NCBI RefSeq assembly: GCF_006345805.1 | Contig: NC_042997.1 | Coordinates: 25,110,001-25,174,000, forward strand | Length of the DNA stretch: 64,000 nt | Reading direction: 5' to 3' | From: Octopus sinensis | Lineage: Eukaryota | Shown here: in pieces, positions 52,060-64,000 of the stretch | Layout of the letters: each line of letters starts with the position of its first letter | Numbering within the stretch: position 1 is the stretch's first letter | Made by a program: the position numbers and the translations under genes | The notes under the pieces: generated by a model | What the model was told of the DNA's origin: nothing | Databases searched by the model: none | What the model saw: the letters and a program-made list of their open reading frames with translations, nothing else

Positions 52060-52090
<31 letters not shown>

Positions 52091-52153
52091 AACCCCCCTT
52101 ATTTTTGTCCTCTTTCTCTCCTTTTACGATCCCTTTTGATCGAACCTCCCCTT

Positions 52154-52188
<35 letters not shown>

Positions 52189-52259
52189 CCTTCAAAGAAA
52201 AGCTCTACCTTGTAATTTGTTCTATCTGTGTGCAGCCCTGTGTGGCTAATAAAGAAACA
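48840..52259 (+). mobile_element. L1/Tx1-clade LINE, 5'-truncated and frameshifted ORF2 (APE end, RT, CCHC) plus 3' UTR
   Basis: VGDWNATLD, YLDRI, TDHK, KSPGLDGLP, FRPITLLNADLKILAK, KAFDRVDH, RQGCPLS, YADDVT, CPRCGQSDETVLHALVQC. (TATC)n on both flanks. Confidence 0.93.
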
Positions 52260-52306
<47 letters not shown>

Positions 52307-52384
52307 TCCAATTTTCTAATTGGAATCACATCAAATTTGATGTTTCTGTCAACTAATTTCAATAGTAATCTCACCTTAATCTTC

Positions 52385-52398
52385 TTCTTCTACTACTA

Positions 52399-52491
<93 letters not shown>

Positions 52492-52520
52492 TTACTATTA
52501 TTACTACTACTACTATTATT
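52385..52520. repeat. (CTA)n-(CTG)n-(CTA)n repeat
   Basis: Directly visible. Confidence 0.96.
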
Positions 52521-52725
52521 AAGGGGGTGAGCTGACAATCGTTAGCACGCCGAGCTAAATGATTAGCGGCATTTAATCCGGCTTTATGTTCTGAGCTCAA
52601 ATTCCGCCGAGGTCAGCTTTGCCTTTCATCCTTTCGGGGTCGATAAAACAATAGCAGTTGAACACAGCGGTCGATGTAATCGATACACCCCGCTCCCCGA
52701 AAATAGTTGCACTTGTGGCAAATTT
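52521..52725 (+). mobile_element. SINE family A-like, diverged
   Basis: Head and core present. Confidence 0.75.
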
Positions 52726-52769
52726 TGAAGACATTATTAGTAGTAATAGTATTAGTATTACTATTCATT

Positions 52770-53444
52770 AGTCTTAATTTTATCACGCGCTTTCACTTCA
52801 CTACCAAGCGCAGCTTTGTGTGCCTTGTGTATGTGCTGTGGTTTTTTGTGGTGCTATTATTTTTACTGTTTTGAAAGTGTTTTACGTAGGATATGTGCGG
52901 TGCCTAGTAGTGCTATTTTCTGTATGTTACATATACTTGTTAGTCCTGACGCGTTTCGTATTTGCATGAATTTTTTTTTTGTTTACCATGCCTAACGCGC
53001 CTCTTATGAGACTCCAAATTCGATTTACCTCCATTTCCAGATCTTTGTATTTTGAAAATTTCTTCGGTTCTTTGAGAGAAACGTTGTTATCTGTTGGTAT
53101 TGATACATCGATTTGAATGAATTTTTTTCTTGGTGATCTCTGATAACCATGTCAGGTCTATTGGCCTTATTTCTCTATCTGTGTATTGACATATCCCATA
53201 GTATAGTTGCTTTCACATTCTCTGTGAGCTTTTCTGGTGTGTGCCTATACCACCTTTTTTTCTGTTGTCATTCCATAGTGTTGGCATAGCTTACAGTATA
53301 TGTAGGTTCCAACTCTGTGGTGTCTATGAATATATTCCTTCTGAGCCAGAACTGCGTAGCCAGAGAAAATATGATTTATTGTTTCTCTCCATCATCACAA
53401 ATTCTGCATTTACTTGCTGTATTTCTTTTCATTGTGTTGCGTGC

Positions 53445-53530
<86 letters not shown>

Positions 53531-55812
53531 TTTCTGGTGGGAAGGCTTTGATCTTGGGCTGCAAAAATCCTTCAGTCTCTGTTTTGAGTCCTGAACTTCT
53601 CAACCATTGTTGGGATTTTGCTTTGTCTATTTCTTCGCTCTTTAGTTCAACCCAATATTTGCCATGTAGGGTTTTTCTTGCCATCATTTTATCCTGATAC
53701 TTTGCTGTTCGAGTTTTAGTATGGACTTCAGTTGTTTTACAACTTTTGTTGTTTCTTCTTTTTCTTCGTAGTTGTTAGGTACTATGACCTGTTTTTGTAT
53801 TTATCAGCTTTCTTAAAGACAGAAATAAATTTGTTGCTTTGTTGTGGCTATTTATATCAGTTTATTCGGGAGGCGCAATGGCCCAGTGGTTAGGGCAGCG
53901 GACTTGCAGTCATAGGATCGCGGTTTCGATTCCCAGACCGGCGTTGTGAGTGTTTATTGAGCGAAAACACCTAAACCTCCACGAGGCTCTGGCAGGGGAT
54001 GGTGGTGATCCCTGCTGTACTCTTTCACCACAACTTTCTCTTACTTCCTGTTTCTGTTGTACCTGTATTTCAAAGGGCCGGCCTTGTCACTCTCTGTGTC
54101 ACGCTGAATATCCCCGAGAACTGCGTTAAGGGTACACGTGTCTGTGGAGTGCTCAGCCACTTACACGTTAATTTCACGAGCAGGCTGTTCCGTTGATTCG
54201 GATCAACCGGAACCCTCGTCGTCGTAACCGACGGAGTGCTTCCATCAGTTTATTTGCTTCTGAAGTAGAGATTTCTGTAATCTTTTGGTGGTTATTTTGT
54301 AATAGTTTTCTAGCCCTATAAGGCCTCCACCATCTTCGATACGTTGTATATATAACTTTTCTATGTTAGATTTTGGATGATTCATTCTGAATACTATTAT
54401 TATTTTTCTTATTTTCCTGTCTATTTTGATTAGTTCAAGAATATTCTAGCTGTAACTTATAACTGGGACGGCTAGAGTGTTGTTACCTATTATCTTGTTC
54501 TTCGCATTTATGAATTAATTCAACTCGTCTATAGTATTTCTTTTTTATAGTCTCTTTCATTTGTATGTGATGTATCGTATCTAGTTCTTTGATTCCTTAG
54601 TACTTGTATATCTGGCTTTGGTCTAATTCTCTTATTTCATTTGCTTTATCTTGTGTAATGATGTTATTCTTAACTAGTTATCCTCTTTTCAAGGTTGCTG
54701 TGGCACATTTTTCTAAAGCAAATTTCATGTTTATTTCTTTGGTAAATCCATGTACTGTCTGTAGTAATGTTTCAAGCTGTTTATCATTTATAGCGTACAG
54801 TTATATATAAGAGGTGGCTAATTGTTTTGTCGTAACATTTGTATCCGCATCCATTTCTGCTTAGCATGCCAGATAAAGGTATCAGTGCCATGCAGAAAAG
54901 GAGTGCAGAGAGCGTGTCTCTCTGCAATATTCTGCTTCTAATGGGGATGACTTTGATTTTCATGAACCACTCTTTTGTCTGGATCTCTAGCACTTCGTCA
55001 TTTATTCAGGGAATATTTTATATATTTTATGACTACTGGTGCTACCTTGTTTAGGTTAATGCTTCCAGGATCCATGTGTAAGGAATACTACCAAAAGCCT
55101 TTCGATAATCAATCCAAGCTACACTTAGATCCTTCTTCTTTCTTCAGCTGTCTTCATTTCTGGCTTTATTGATCAATAACTGATCTTTATATCCGTATGA
55201 GCCCTTGCAGCATCCTTCTGCTTTTCTGGTAACAGATTGTTTTCTTCCAGATGTTTGCCCATTCTCTGCTATATTATTGCAGTAAAGGCTTTGTAAATTG
55301 TAGGGAGACAAGTTATCGGTCTGTAGTTCTGTGGATTTGCCGTTTCAGTGGTTTTGGAAATTAGGATAGTTTCCCCTTCCGTAAGCCATTCAGGCGTTCT
55401 TTCTGTCTCTACTAGTACTTCATTAAATTTCTCAGCCAACTTTTTACGTATTCCTGTTAGATATTTAAACCAGAAGTTGGAGATCTTGTGGTGCACGGGT
55501 GCCTTCCAATTTCTTAGTTTTGCAATACCTGGGTGACCTCTTCAGTTGTTATAGGAGCCCAGCGTTGTTCAGGTGCTGTGTTTGTTATTTTAATAGATCT
55601 TTTCTAAGTTTCTTACGTTGACGACCATATTTCTTTCAAAATTTCTTCCACTTCTTCTGCTATTGGTGCTGCATTGATCTCCATTTTATTTTTGCCAAGT
55701 TCTTAGTAGAATCTTGTGGGGCTGGAGTTGAACGCTTTGATTTGTCCAAAGAAACGTTGGCGTATCTCATACCACGGATTCTTTCTGCTTTGGCAAAGGT
55801 ATCTTCCTTTGG
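52770..55812 (-). mobile_element. R4/Dong-clade element interrupted by a SINE and a (TG)n tract
   Basis: NYRPITCLPT, LFCMALIPLS, LHGKY, KCRIC, ILWD, RPD and QKIALLGTAHILRK motifs. Its 5' end abuts (TAA)n at 55813-55870. Confidence 0.88.
53867..54243 (+). mobile_element. SINE type C with an 11-bp TSD, nested in the Dong element
   Basis: ATCAGTTTATT at 53856-53866 and 54244-54254. Confidence 0.93.
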
Positions 55813-55813
55813 C

Positions 55814-55854
<41 letters not shown>

Positions 55855-55980
55855 TATTATTATTATGACTATTATTGTAACACTTATTATAAGTGAGAGA
55901 GAAAGTGAGAGCGCGCGTGTGAGAGACAGATTGAAAGATACGTACATACACATATATTTAGAATACATATATGTACACTT

Positions 55981-56243
55981 GTGGAAGCGCAATGACCCAG
56001 TTGTTAGGGAAGCGGACTCGCGGTCGTAGGATCACGGTTTCGATTCCCAGACCGGGTGTTGTGAGTGTTTATTGAGCGAAAACACCTAAAGCTCCATGCG
56101 ACTCCGGCAGGGAGTGGTGGCGATTCCTACTGTTCTCTTTCTACTGTTGACCTGCTCGTTTAGCCAGCGGGGTTGCGTCATTTCAAGGCTAAAACAATGT
56201 GACCGGCGATGTGTAGCAACATCTGATAGCCTGATCGGTCACG
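55981..56243 (+). mobile_element. SINE head C with an alternative tail
   Basis: Head as 53867, tail as 20390-20520. Confidence 0.8.
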
Positions 56244-56262
56244 TGTGTGTGTGTGTGTTTGT

Positions 56263-56331
<69 letters not shown>

Positions 56332-57107
56332 TGTGTGTGCATGTGGGGGCGTCTTTGTGTGTAAACTGTTGTGTTTGTTCCCTACCATTGCTTGACAGTT
56401 CGCTACCATTGCTTGTAGGTTTCTTTACGGCAGGAAACTTAACGGTCCGACAAAACAGACCCTTAAAATAACTCGCAGAATTTTTTTTTCTTTTAATGTA
56501 CTGCTGTCGATTTTTTGACTAATCCTTTACAGGCAGTAACTCTGTATGGCCGCAGTTCAATGACTGAAACAAGGAAAATATCAAAAACAAAATCAGAGAA
56601 ATACTTCGTATGTCTATGGGTTGATGTATGCAAGTTAAACACGTATGCATGGATGAAGTGAGAGAGAGGGGAAAGAATGAGAAAAGGAAAGATATGCGAG
56701 ACTAAGAGAGAATGAACAACATAATTCACTGTTTAGAAAACTAGTGCTCTGAAGAGTGTTCATTGATATACAGACCGGCCACAATTGTTTTTTCACGCCC
56801 TTACACAAGTAAAATAAACGACGAAGGATAATACGCCAACAAAAGTTTCCGCTCTCGTTTACAATAAAACAGAATACGAAATCGCTGCTGCTTTTGTCCC
56901 GGTTTTGCTTAGCATAAACTACATTATTGACTGTGTATAAAGAATAGCCTGATCTCGTGACATTTATGGCTGAGGTTCCTTTCCCTATGTTGTCTGCTGA
57001 CTGAAAGAAATATATAAAATATGTAGACTCCCCCGAATTATGTATGTATATATGGATGAGTTCATATATGTATGAATGTACATACACACAGAAACAGGTA
57101 CATTTAA

Positions 57108-57157
<50 letters not shown>

Positions 57158-57260
57158 GTATATGTATGCGTATAAGTTTATGTATCTGCAAACACATAAA
57201 TATACACCCACACATATACAATCCACACGCATATATATATACATACATATATACATATAC

Positions 57261-57311
<51 letters not shown>

Positions 57312-57816
57312 TATATATATACTGACGTGCATATATACTTACAAATACATATATATATGCACGTACATGTATGTGTATAAATTTATATACACGCAAACAC
57401 ATAAGCGCACGCGCGCGCACACACACCTACAAACACGCATACACACACACACACACACACACACAAATATGCACACACACACACAAGAATAGAGTCGGCA
57501 GATGGACGAATCAATTAAAAATAAATAAATCTAAACATAATAGAAGCATCGTAAAACGAATAGGACACAAAACCAGAAACACACGCATGTACGCACCCAC
57601 CATATAACATACACACACACATACAAGCATATAAATGCGTACACGTACAGGAACACCTATAAACTGACTCTAGGACACAGACAACGTAGTGTACACAATG
57701 CAACAAAATTACTAAAGAAAAAAAAAAGGCATTTTCAAAATGAGAGCTACTGAAGATAAATAAGTTACACACAAAAATATATTTGTTCGTATGCATACAC
57801 ACATAGCCATAAGAAC

Positions 57817-58749
57817 ATAGACACGAATATGTATAAACATACATGCGTATACATACGTAAATACACAGACACACACGCACATATATATATATTATGTGTG
57901 TGTGCGTGCGTGTATGTGTGTGTAATAGACACACAGATATGTATATGTATATGCATGTATATATACTCTCTCTTTTACTCTTTTAGTTGTTTCAGTGATT
58001 TGACTGCGGCCATGCTGGAGCACCGCCTTTATTCGAGGAAATTGACCCCAGCACTTATTCTATCGGTCTCTTTTGCCGAAACGCTAAGTTACGGGGACGT
58101 AAACATACCCGTATCGGTTGTCAAGCGATGTTGGGTGGGAAAAACACAGGCACACAAACACACACACACATACATACATATACATATATACGACTGGCTT
58201 CTTTCAGTTTCGGTCAACCAAATCCACTCGCAATGCTTTAGTCGGCCCGAGGGTATAGTAGAAGACACTTGCCCAAGGTGCCACGCAGTGGGACTAAACC
58301 CGGAACCATGTGGTTGGTAAGCAAGCTTCTTACCACACAGCCACTTCTATATAATCCACTATATACATATAGTGGATTATGAAGTAGACAAAAACTATAC
58401 TCTCTTTCTCTTTTACTCTTTTACTTGTTTCAGTCATTTGACTGCGGCCATGCTGGAGCACCGCCTTTAGTCGAGCAAATCAACCCCGGGACTTATTCTT
58501 TGTAAGCCCAGTACTTATTCTATCGGTCTCTTTTGCCGAACCGCTAAGTGACTGCATGGCCGCAGTCAAATCACTCAAACAACTAAAAGAGTAAAAGAGA
58601 GAGTATATATACATATATATACATATACATATCTGTGTGTCTATTACACACACATACATGCACACACACACACATATATATATATGTGCGTGTGTGTTTG
58701 TGTATTTATGTATGTATACGCATGTATGTTTATACATATTTGTGTCTAT
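57817..58749. repeat. Local inverted duplication (about 200-bp arms) spanning SINE B pieces
   Basis: 57817-58015 vs 58554-58749 share private SINE-tail variants (TAGTTGTTT, GTGATTTG). Confidence 0.88.
57965..58553 (-). mobile_element. SINE family B (57965-58347 near full; 58400-58553 partial)
   Basis: Family B motifs. Confidence 0.87.
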
Positions 58750-59329
58750 AATAATCTTTTCTATTACAAGGCTAGAAATTTTGGCGAGGTCAAGTTTTAA
58801 GTAGAGCCTAGTCTTATGTCAACCCCAGTTCTTAACTCATCCTTAATTTTCTACCCCGTAGTGCAACTGCGATGGTACTTGAACTCAGAAAGAGAGAACG
58901 GGAGAAATGCCGTTAAGCATTTTCACTGGCGTGCTAACGGATTCTACCATCACTCCGCCTGAGAAAAAGTTACAATAACGGCATATAAATATTGTGTTGA
59001 AAGCGACATTTTGGGTACCATAAGTCGAAGGTTACACTTGGGATACGCACCCACATCCACTATCGAAATGCTATTATTTATAGCTTTATGTCTACTTCGA
59101 GATCAAGTATTCCACCTCACACGCTACAAATTATTTCACGCTTTCTCGAAAGTTTATAAAATTCATGCAATATCAATATCAATGTGTGTGTGTGTGTGTG
59201 AAGCGCATATGCATTCACTGTTGTGCAGACGCCCCCAGACGATGAAGTAGGCTAGCCCAATACGTAGATATAGAGGGACAAATCTAGACGTCGGAGTTGA
59301 GTAGAGGTCATCCGAACGTGAGATATAAC

Positions 59330-59690
59330 CGTGGCGACGAGGATTTCGTAGCTCACACAGCCACTGTGTAGTATTGCAATACACAGTCATGTTTGTTTTC
59401 TTTCGGTTTCTTTGTATATCTCCACTGTCCTGTTTTTGTTCCCAACTTTGACCCTCCATAAATCCTAAATTTTATTTTGGAATTAATGAGAGCAACTATT
59501 TTAAAGACTCATATTGTCGCTCAATTCTCGAAATGTGGGGTAGATAGATAGCCGACAACTGATGAAGGGTCCTTTCTCTGTGTTAACTTGTCCTATTTTC
59601 CATTTTTTCTCTCGTTGTTTACCTATTTAACTCGTTTTGCTTACGTATTTAATGTTGCTTGCACTGTTGGTGACGTCCTGAACCCATATA
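59330..59690 (+). mobile_element. Repeat P2 copy
   Basis: Homologous to 34310-34640. Confidence 0.55.
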
Positions 59691-59792
59691 TATATATATT
59701 ATATATATATATATAATATATATATATATAATATATATATATATATATAGATAGATAGATTATTATGTTATATATTTTGTATATATATATTA

Positions 59793-59835
<43 letters not shown>

Positions 59836-59840
59836 AATAC

Positions 59841-59873
<33 letters not shown>

Positions 59874-59981
59874 AGTATAACATACACACATACACACACG
59901 CACACACACATATACACACACCACGCACACACACACACACACACCACACACACACACATATATATATTATATAATGGGCTT

Positions 59982-60952
59982 TACTATACATAAATGTCAT
60001 ACGCTAGGAGGGACTCTTAAAGTCAAAACTACGAAAATAAATAAACACATCATACCGAATGCAACTCTCGAAGCAAGTCATTTAAAAACAGAATTTAGCT
60101 GTATATCACCGTGATTCCATAATTATTGCAGTGATGCACTTTTTAATCATCAGTGCAAGCATAATTCAAGATTATGAGGTTTTTCACACTAACTACTTGT
60201 TAAATTCCCCCTGTCTTCCTCGACCTCTCTCTTTCCTTCCTTCCCTCCATCATCAATATCTATGAAGTTGAAATGCGAAAAAGTTGTTTGTTTTCTTGGT
60301 TGTTTGTCTTATTTTGGGATGGAAACGGTAGATGGAGTCGGATTTGCGCCAAAATTTACACGGGGGGGAGTAAAATGAAGTGGAAATGGTGTGAGGAGGG
60401 TTGCAAGTCGCTTGGTTGCCACGGTGAAGAATATGGGGAAAATTGAGTTTATAGGACAGACAGGTTGCGCTGTTTGAATAATGGTGGTTTTCGTGTTGCT
60501 GCTGGGGCTACAGGCGGTTATCTTTAATTGTGGGTGTAAAAATTTGGGGGATTTTGGAAAGGAAGGGGGTAAAATTGTTCAACTTTTAAAAAGAGTATAC
60601 TTTTACCCTACCTTTAGATTTAATTTTTTTGTTTGCATTATTTGGTTGACATGGGTAAAAATGGCATTATGTTAAAGGCCAAAATTTTAGCTTTCATTTG
60701 CATCATGAACCGTCAAAATATACTAGAAAAAGAATCAAATTTCACAAAATTTAAAGTAATTTTGAATTATTTTTGTGATTTTACGTGCACGCATAAGAGA
60801 AAGTGAGGGAGAGTCCGAGAGAAAGGAAGAGTAAGTGAGTGGGAAAGTGAGAGAGAAAGGAGAGAGGAACAAAGAGGGAGAATGTGGCGATAAGAAACAG
60901 ATAGTAACAAACATACTCTCACCCGCGCGTAGAGCGGGTCACCTTAAGCTAG
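59982..60952 (+). mobile_element. Probable non-autonomous Helitron H3
   Basis: 3' hairpin ACCCGC-GCGTAGA-GCGGGT followed by CTAG|T. The 5' end is uncertain. Confidence 0.55.
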
Positions 60953-61032
60953 TATATATATATAAAACTAATTACATATAATGGTTATTACACATTTTTA
61001 CTTTATTGGAGCTACTGTGGTTTATAGTGAAT

Positions 61033-61435
61033 TCCACTAGTCATCATAGGTGGATGGAAGCATTCCGTCGGTTACGACGATGAGGGTTCTGGTTGATCCG
61101 AATCAACGGAACAGCCTGCTCGTGAAATTAACGTGTAAGTGGCTGAGCAGTCCACAGACACGTGCACCCTTAACGTAGTTCTCGGGGATATTCAGCGTGA
61201 CACAGAGAGTGACAAGGCCGGCTCCTTGAAATACAGGTACAACAGAAACAGGAAGTAAGAGAAAGTTGTGGTGAAAGAGTACAGCAGGGATCACCACCAT
61301 CCCCTGCCGGAGCCTCGTGGAGCTTTAGGTGTTTTTTCGCTCAATAAAACTCACAACAACGCCCGGTGGGAATCGAAACCGCGATCCTATGACCGCGAGT
61401 CCACTGCCCTAACCACTGGGCCATTGCGCCTCCAC
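61033..61435 (-). mobile_element. SINE type C, full length
   Basis: Reverse complement of the 53867 type. Confidence 0.9.
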
Positions 61436-61601
61436 TATCATCACAGGTACATTGCTGGTATATATATATAGTAAATGTTTACGCTGTGCCTATGAGGGTT
61501 TTCTTGAATAGAATCGTAATAACATGAACAAAACCCGGTTTAAAATCAGAACGTGGGGAGATGTATGATGTTATTTCTATATTTCACATTTCAAAATGAA
61601 G

Positions 61602-61696
61602 GCAGAAATGACATGGCGTTGTATAATGATTTAAAAGTACTGCATGGAATGGTCGTTGACTTTACCACAGAGGGCAATGCGGCTTATTACCTTACA
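61602..61696 (+). CDS. Candidate exon RNDMALYNDLKVLHGMVVDFTTEGNAAYYLT
   Basis: Pyrimidine tract then AG, 31 open codons, GTAAAG donor. Unidentified. Confidence 0.25.
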
Positions 61697-61817
61697 GTAA
61701 AGTAAAGTATTCACTGCATGTTGTAACTTAAAGTGTTTGCTAATGAAATGGGTGATTTATGAGACCTGGCCAAATTTTCTGAAGATTGAGTAGTATGCAA
61801 CAATAGTTAATATCTGC

Positions 61818-62217
61818 GCAGATTTCTTTTTATAGTGCAAGCTATTAGAAATACTGACTCAACAGATTTTATACTTTTATAATTTAGTTATATCGATAAT
61901 ATATGAAAGTAAGAAATTATGCTAATATTTCGAAAAGCTTTGACATCAAACTGACAAAAGATTTAGTTAGTACGAGGGGCGTTCAATAAGTAATGCCCCT
62001 GACCCACTTCCCATAGCAGATTTCTTTTTATAGTGCAAGCTATTAGAAATACTGACTCAACAGATTTTATACTTTTATAATTTAGTTATATCGATAATAT
62101 ATGAAAGTAAGAAATTATGCTAATATTTCGAAAAGCTTTGACATCAAACTGACAAAAGATTTAGTTAGTACGAGGGGCGTTCAATAAGTAATGCCCCTGA
62201 CCCACTTCCCATAGCAG
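61818..62217 (+). repeat. Perfect 198-bp direct tandem duplication
   Basis: Two identical units with GCAG microhomology at the junction. Confidence 0.95.
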
Positions 62218-62340
62218 TAGAGCAACAAAACTTGGCACAGTTATTAGTCTTTTTCTACATAGGAACCACCCAGAGTTACGCATTTCTCCCATCGTTTGAT
62301 GCAGCTCTGGAGACCGTTTTTGTAGAAGACACCGGGGAAA
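62169..62340 (-). mobile_element. Mariner 3' end (TIR + transposase C-terminus)
   Basis: TA|CGAGGGGCGTTCAATAAGT TIR. The minus strand encodes FYKNGLQSCIKRWEKCVTLGGSYVEKD*. Confidence 0.82.
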
Positions 62341-62527
62341 GTACTTAAAGGCATTTCGGCTCTTTATGTTTTGAGTTCAAATTCTGCTGTTGTCAACTTT
62401 GCCCTTAATCATTTCAGGGTCGATAAAACAAGTATCATTTGAGCTCTCGGGTCTATGTAATCCACTTACTCCGCCCCCGAAATTACTGGTTTCGTGCTAA
62501 AATTTGAAACCAATATTTCGAAGAATT

Positions 62528-62735
62528 AAGGCGGTGAGCTGGTAGAATCGTTAGCACACTGGGCAAAATGCTTAGCGGTGTTTCGTCTGTCCTTATGTTC
62601 TGAGTTCAAATTCCGCCGAGGTCGACTTTGCTTTCATCCTTTCAGGGTCGATAAAATAAATACTGGCTGGGCGCTGATGTCAATGTAAGCGACTTCTCAG
62701 TGGAATTGCTACTCTTGTACCAAAATTTGAAACCA
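62528..62735 (+). mobile_element. SINE family A
   Basis: Head and core. A more diverged copy lies at about 62340-62510. Confidence 0.82.
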
Positions 62736-63197
62736 TGTTATAAAGATCTGGAATTTATGAAAAGCTTCTGTTTTCAATAGCTTTTAATGTTCCTTCATTG
62801 GATCCTGAATCTGTTTTATATTTACATATTCTGCATGTTAGATGAGTTTTCCAGGTTTTCCAAAGCGGTTGGGTTTAAAGCGCTAGAAATATGGTTCATG
62901 GATGGAGTTTACTAAAGCTTGCAACGGTTGGACTATACTCAAGCTTCCCAACTGCCCGATGGTGAGTGAGTAATTTCTAGTATTGTTTGTTATGTATCAG
63001 TTTCCAAATTGGTTTCTATATTTCTTTTTCTGAAGTGTATAGTATTTTCTAGTTTGTTTACAGGAATTAATATGGCATCGTTAGGAAATTTATCGAATAT
63101 ATCGTATCTTACATGATGTCTGACTGGGGAATTATAGATCATCTCTGACTTTTGGTCAAAAACATATTTAAATATTTGAAAGGGCCAATTCTCATAC

Positions 63198-63247
<50 letters not shown>

Positions 63248-64000
63248 ACACACATATACATACATCAACACTTACACATACATATATGCATACATACAGC
63301 AACAAAGAGGCGGCTACGTAAATAAATAAAATTCCTCACATGAGAACTTTTAACAAATTTATCTTTGTTTGTATACATACACACGCATGCACATACACAC
63401 ACACCTGTCCGTTCTGTCCGTCTGTTTTTCTGACTGTCTGTGTGTATGTATATATGTGTGTGTGAGTGTATGAATGTTTGTATAAATATGTGTGTATATA
63501 CATAAATCCACACATATAAACAGTGTATCAGTGTGCTTTGTGTGTATAGTGAAGCTGCTATTCTATTATACATAACTACTGACCAAATTATTCAAGCAGA
63601 ACAGAATGTTGCTTCCAACTCATTCACTCTTCACCTCATTTTATTTCGCATTCTTTTTCATTCTCCTCCTCTCTCTGTCTGTCTGTCTGTCTCTCTCTTT
63701 CTCTCTCTCCCTTATCTTTCTTTCCACTCTTCTCTTTATTTCTCTTCATCCGTGTTCCAGAGTTTTCTAAATAAGTGACAATGGCAAGATCGATTGATTC
63801 TGATGAAATGTGTTGATGCTATAGTTATTATCTTTCTATTGATCTGTGTCTGATCGGTGAATCAACCTCGGAAACCAGTCACACAATAAAATTAGCCAAA
63901 GCTGCTTAATAATAAAAGATGAGCCTCTAGTCTTGCTTCTGGTTGTGTTTTTCTTTTCATTCTTTTTATTTTTTTGTTGTTGTTTTGTCATCTGTGCTGT

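Noticed and set aside
56806-57001. Open minus-strand frame SADNIGKGTS...RRLFYL with splice-like ends
   Set aside because: No recognisable homology or compatible partner exon; both strands have comparable open stretches.
62850-62966. Strong donor GATG|GTGAGT
   Set aside because: Every frame from the best acceptor contains a stop.

Overview
AT-rich, microsatellite-saturated eukaryotic DNA. The repeat families and composition fit a coleoid cephalopod, probably Octopus (inference). I cannot recognise an intact protein-coding gene; there are only weak candidate exons. The window is mostly mobile DNA: a frameshifted Penelope-like (RT + GIY-YIG) element, a long L1/Tx1-clade LINE embedded in (TATC)n, several R4/Dong-type REL LINE pieces abutting (TAA)n, CR1-group LINE 3' ends, about 30 tRNA-derived SINE copies from four or more families, non-autonomous Helitrons (one a three-headed chimera carrying minisatellite arrays), and Chapaev3-, mariner- and Tigger-like remnants. 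The most notable signals are (i) minimal hammerhead-ribozyme motifs in Penelope-type terminal repeats, one inside a long fold-back hairpin element, (ii) repeated fold-back inverted duplications tied to (TA)n arrays, (iii) apparent partitioning of retroelement clades among microsatellite types, and (iv) a Helitron-borne array of NRF1-type TGCGCATGCGCR motifs. All family assignments come from motifs read by eye; no database search was run, and SINE/LINE boundaries are approximate.
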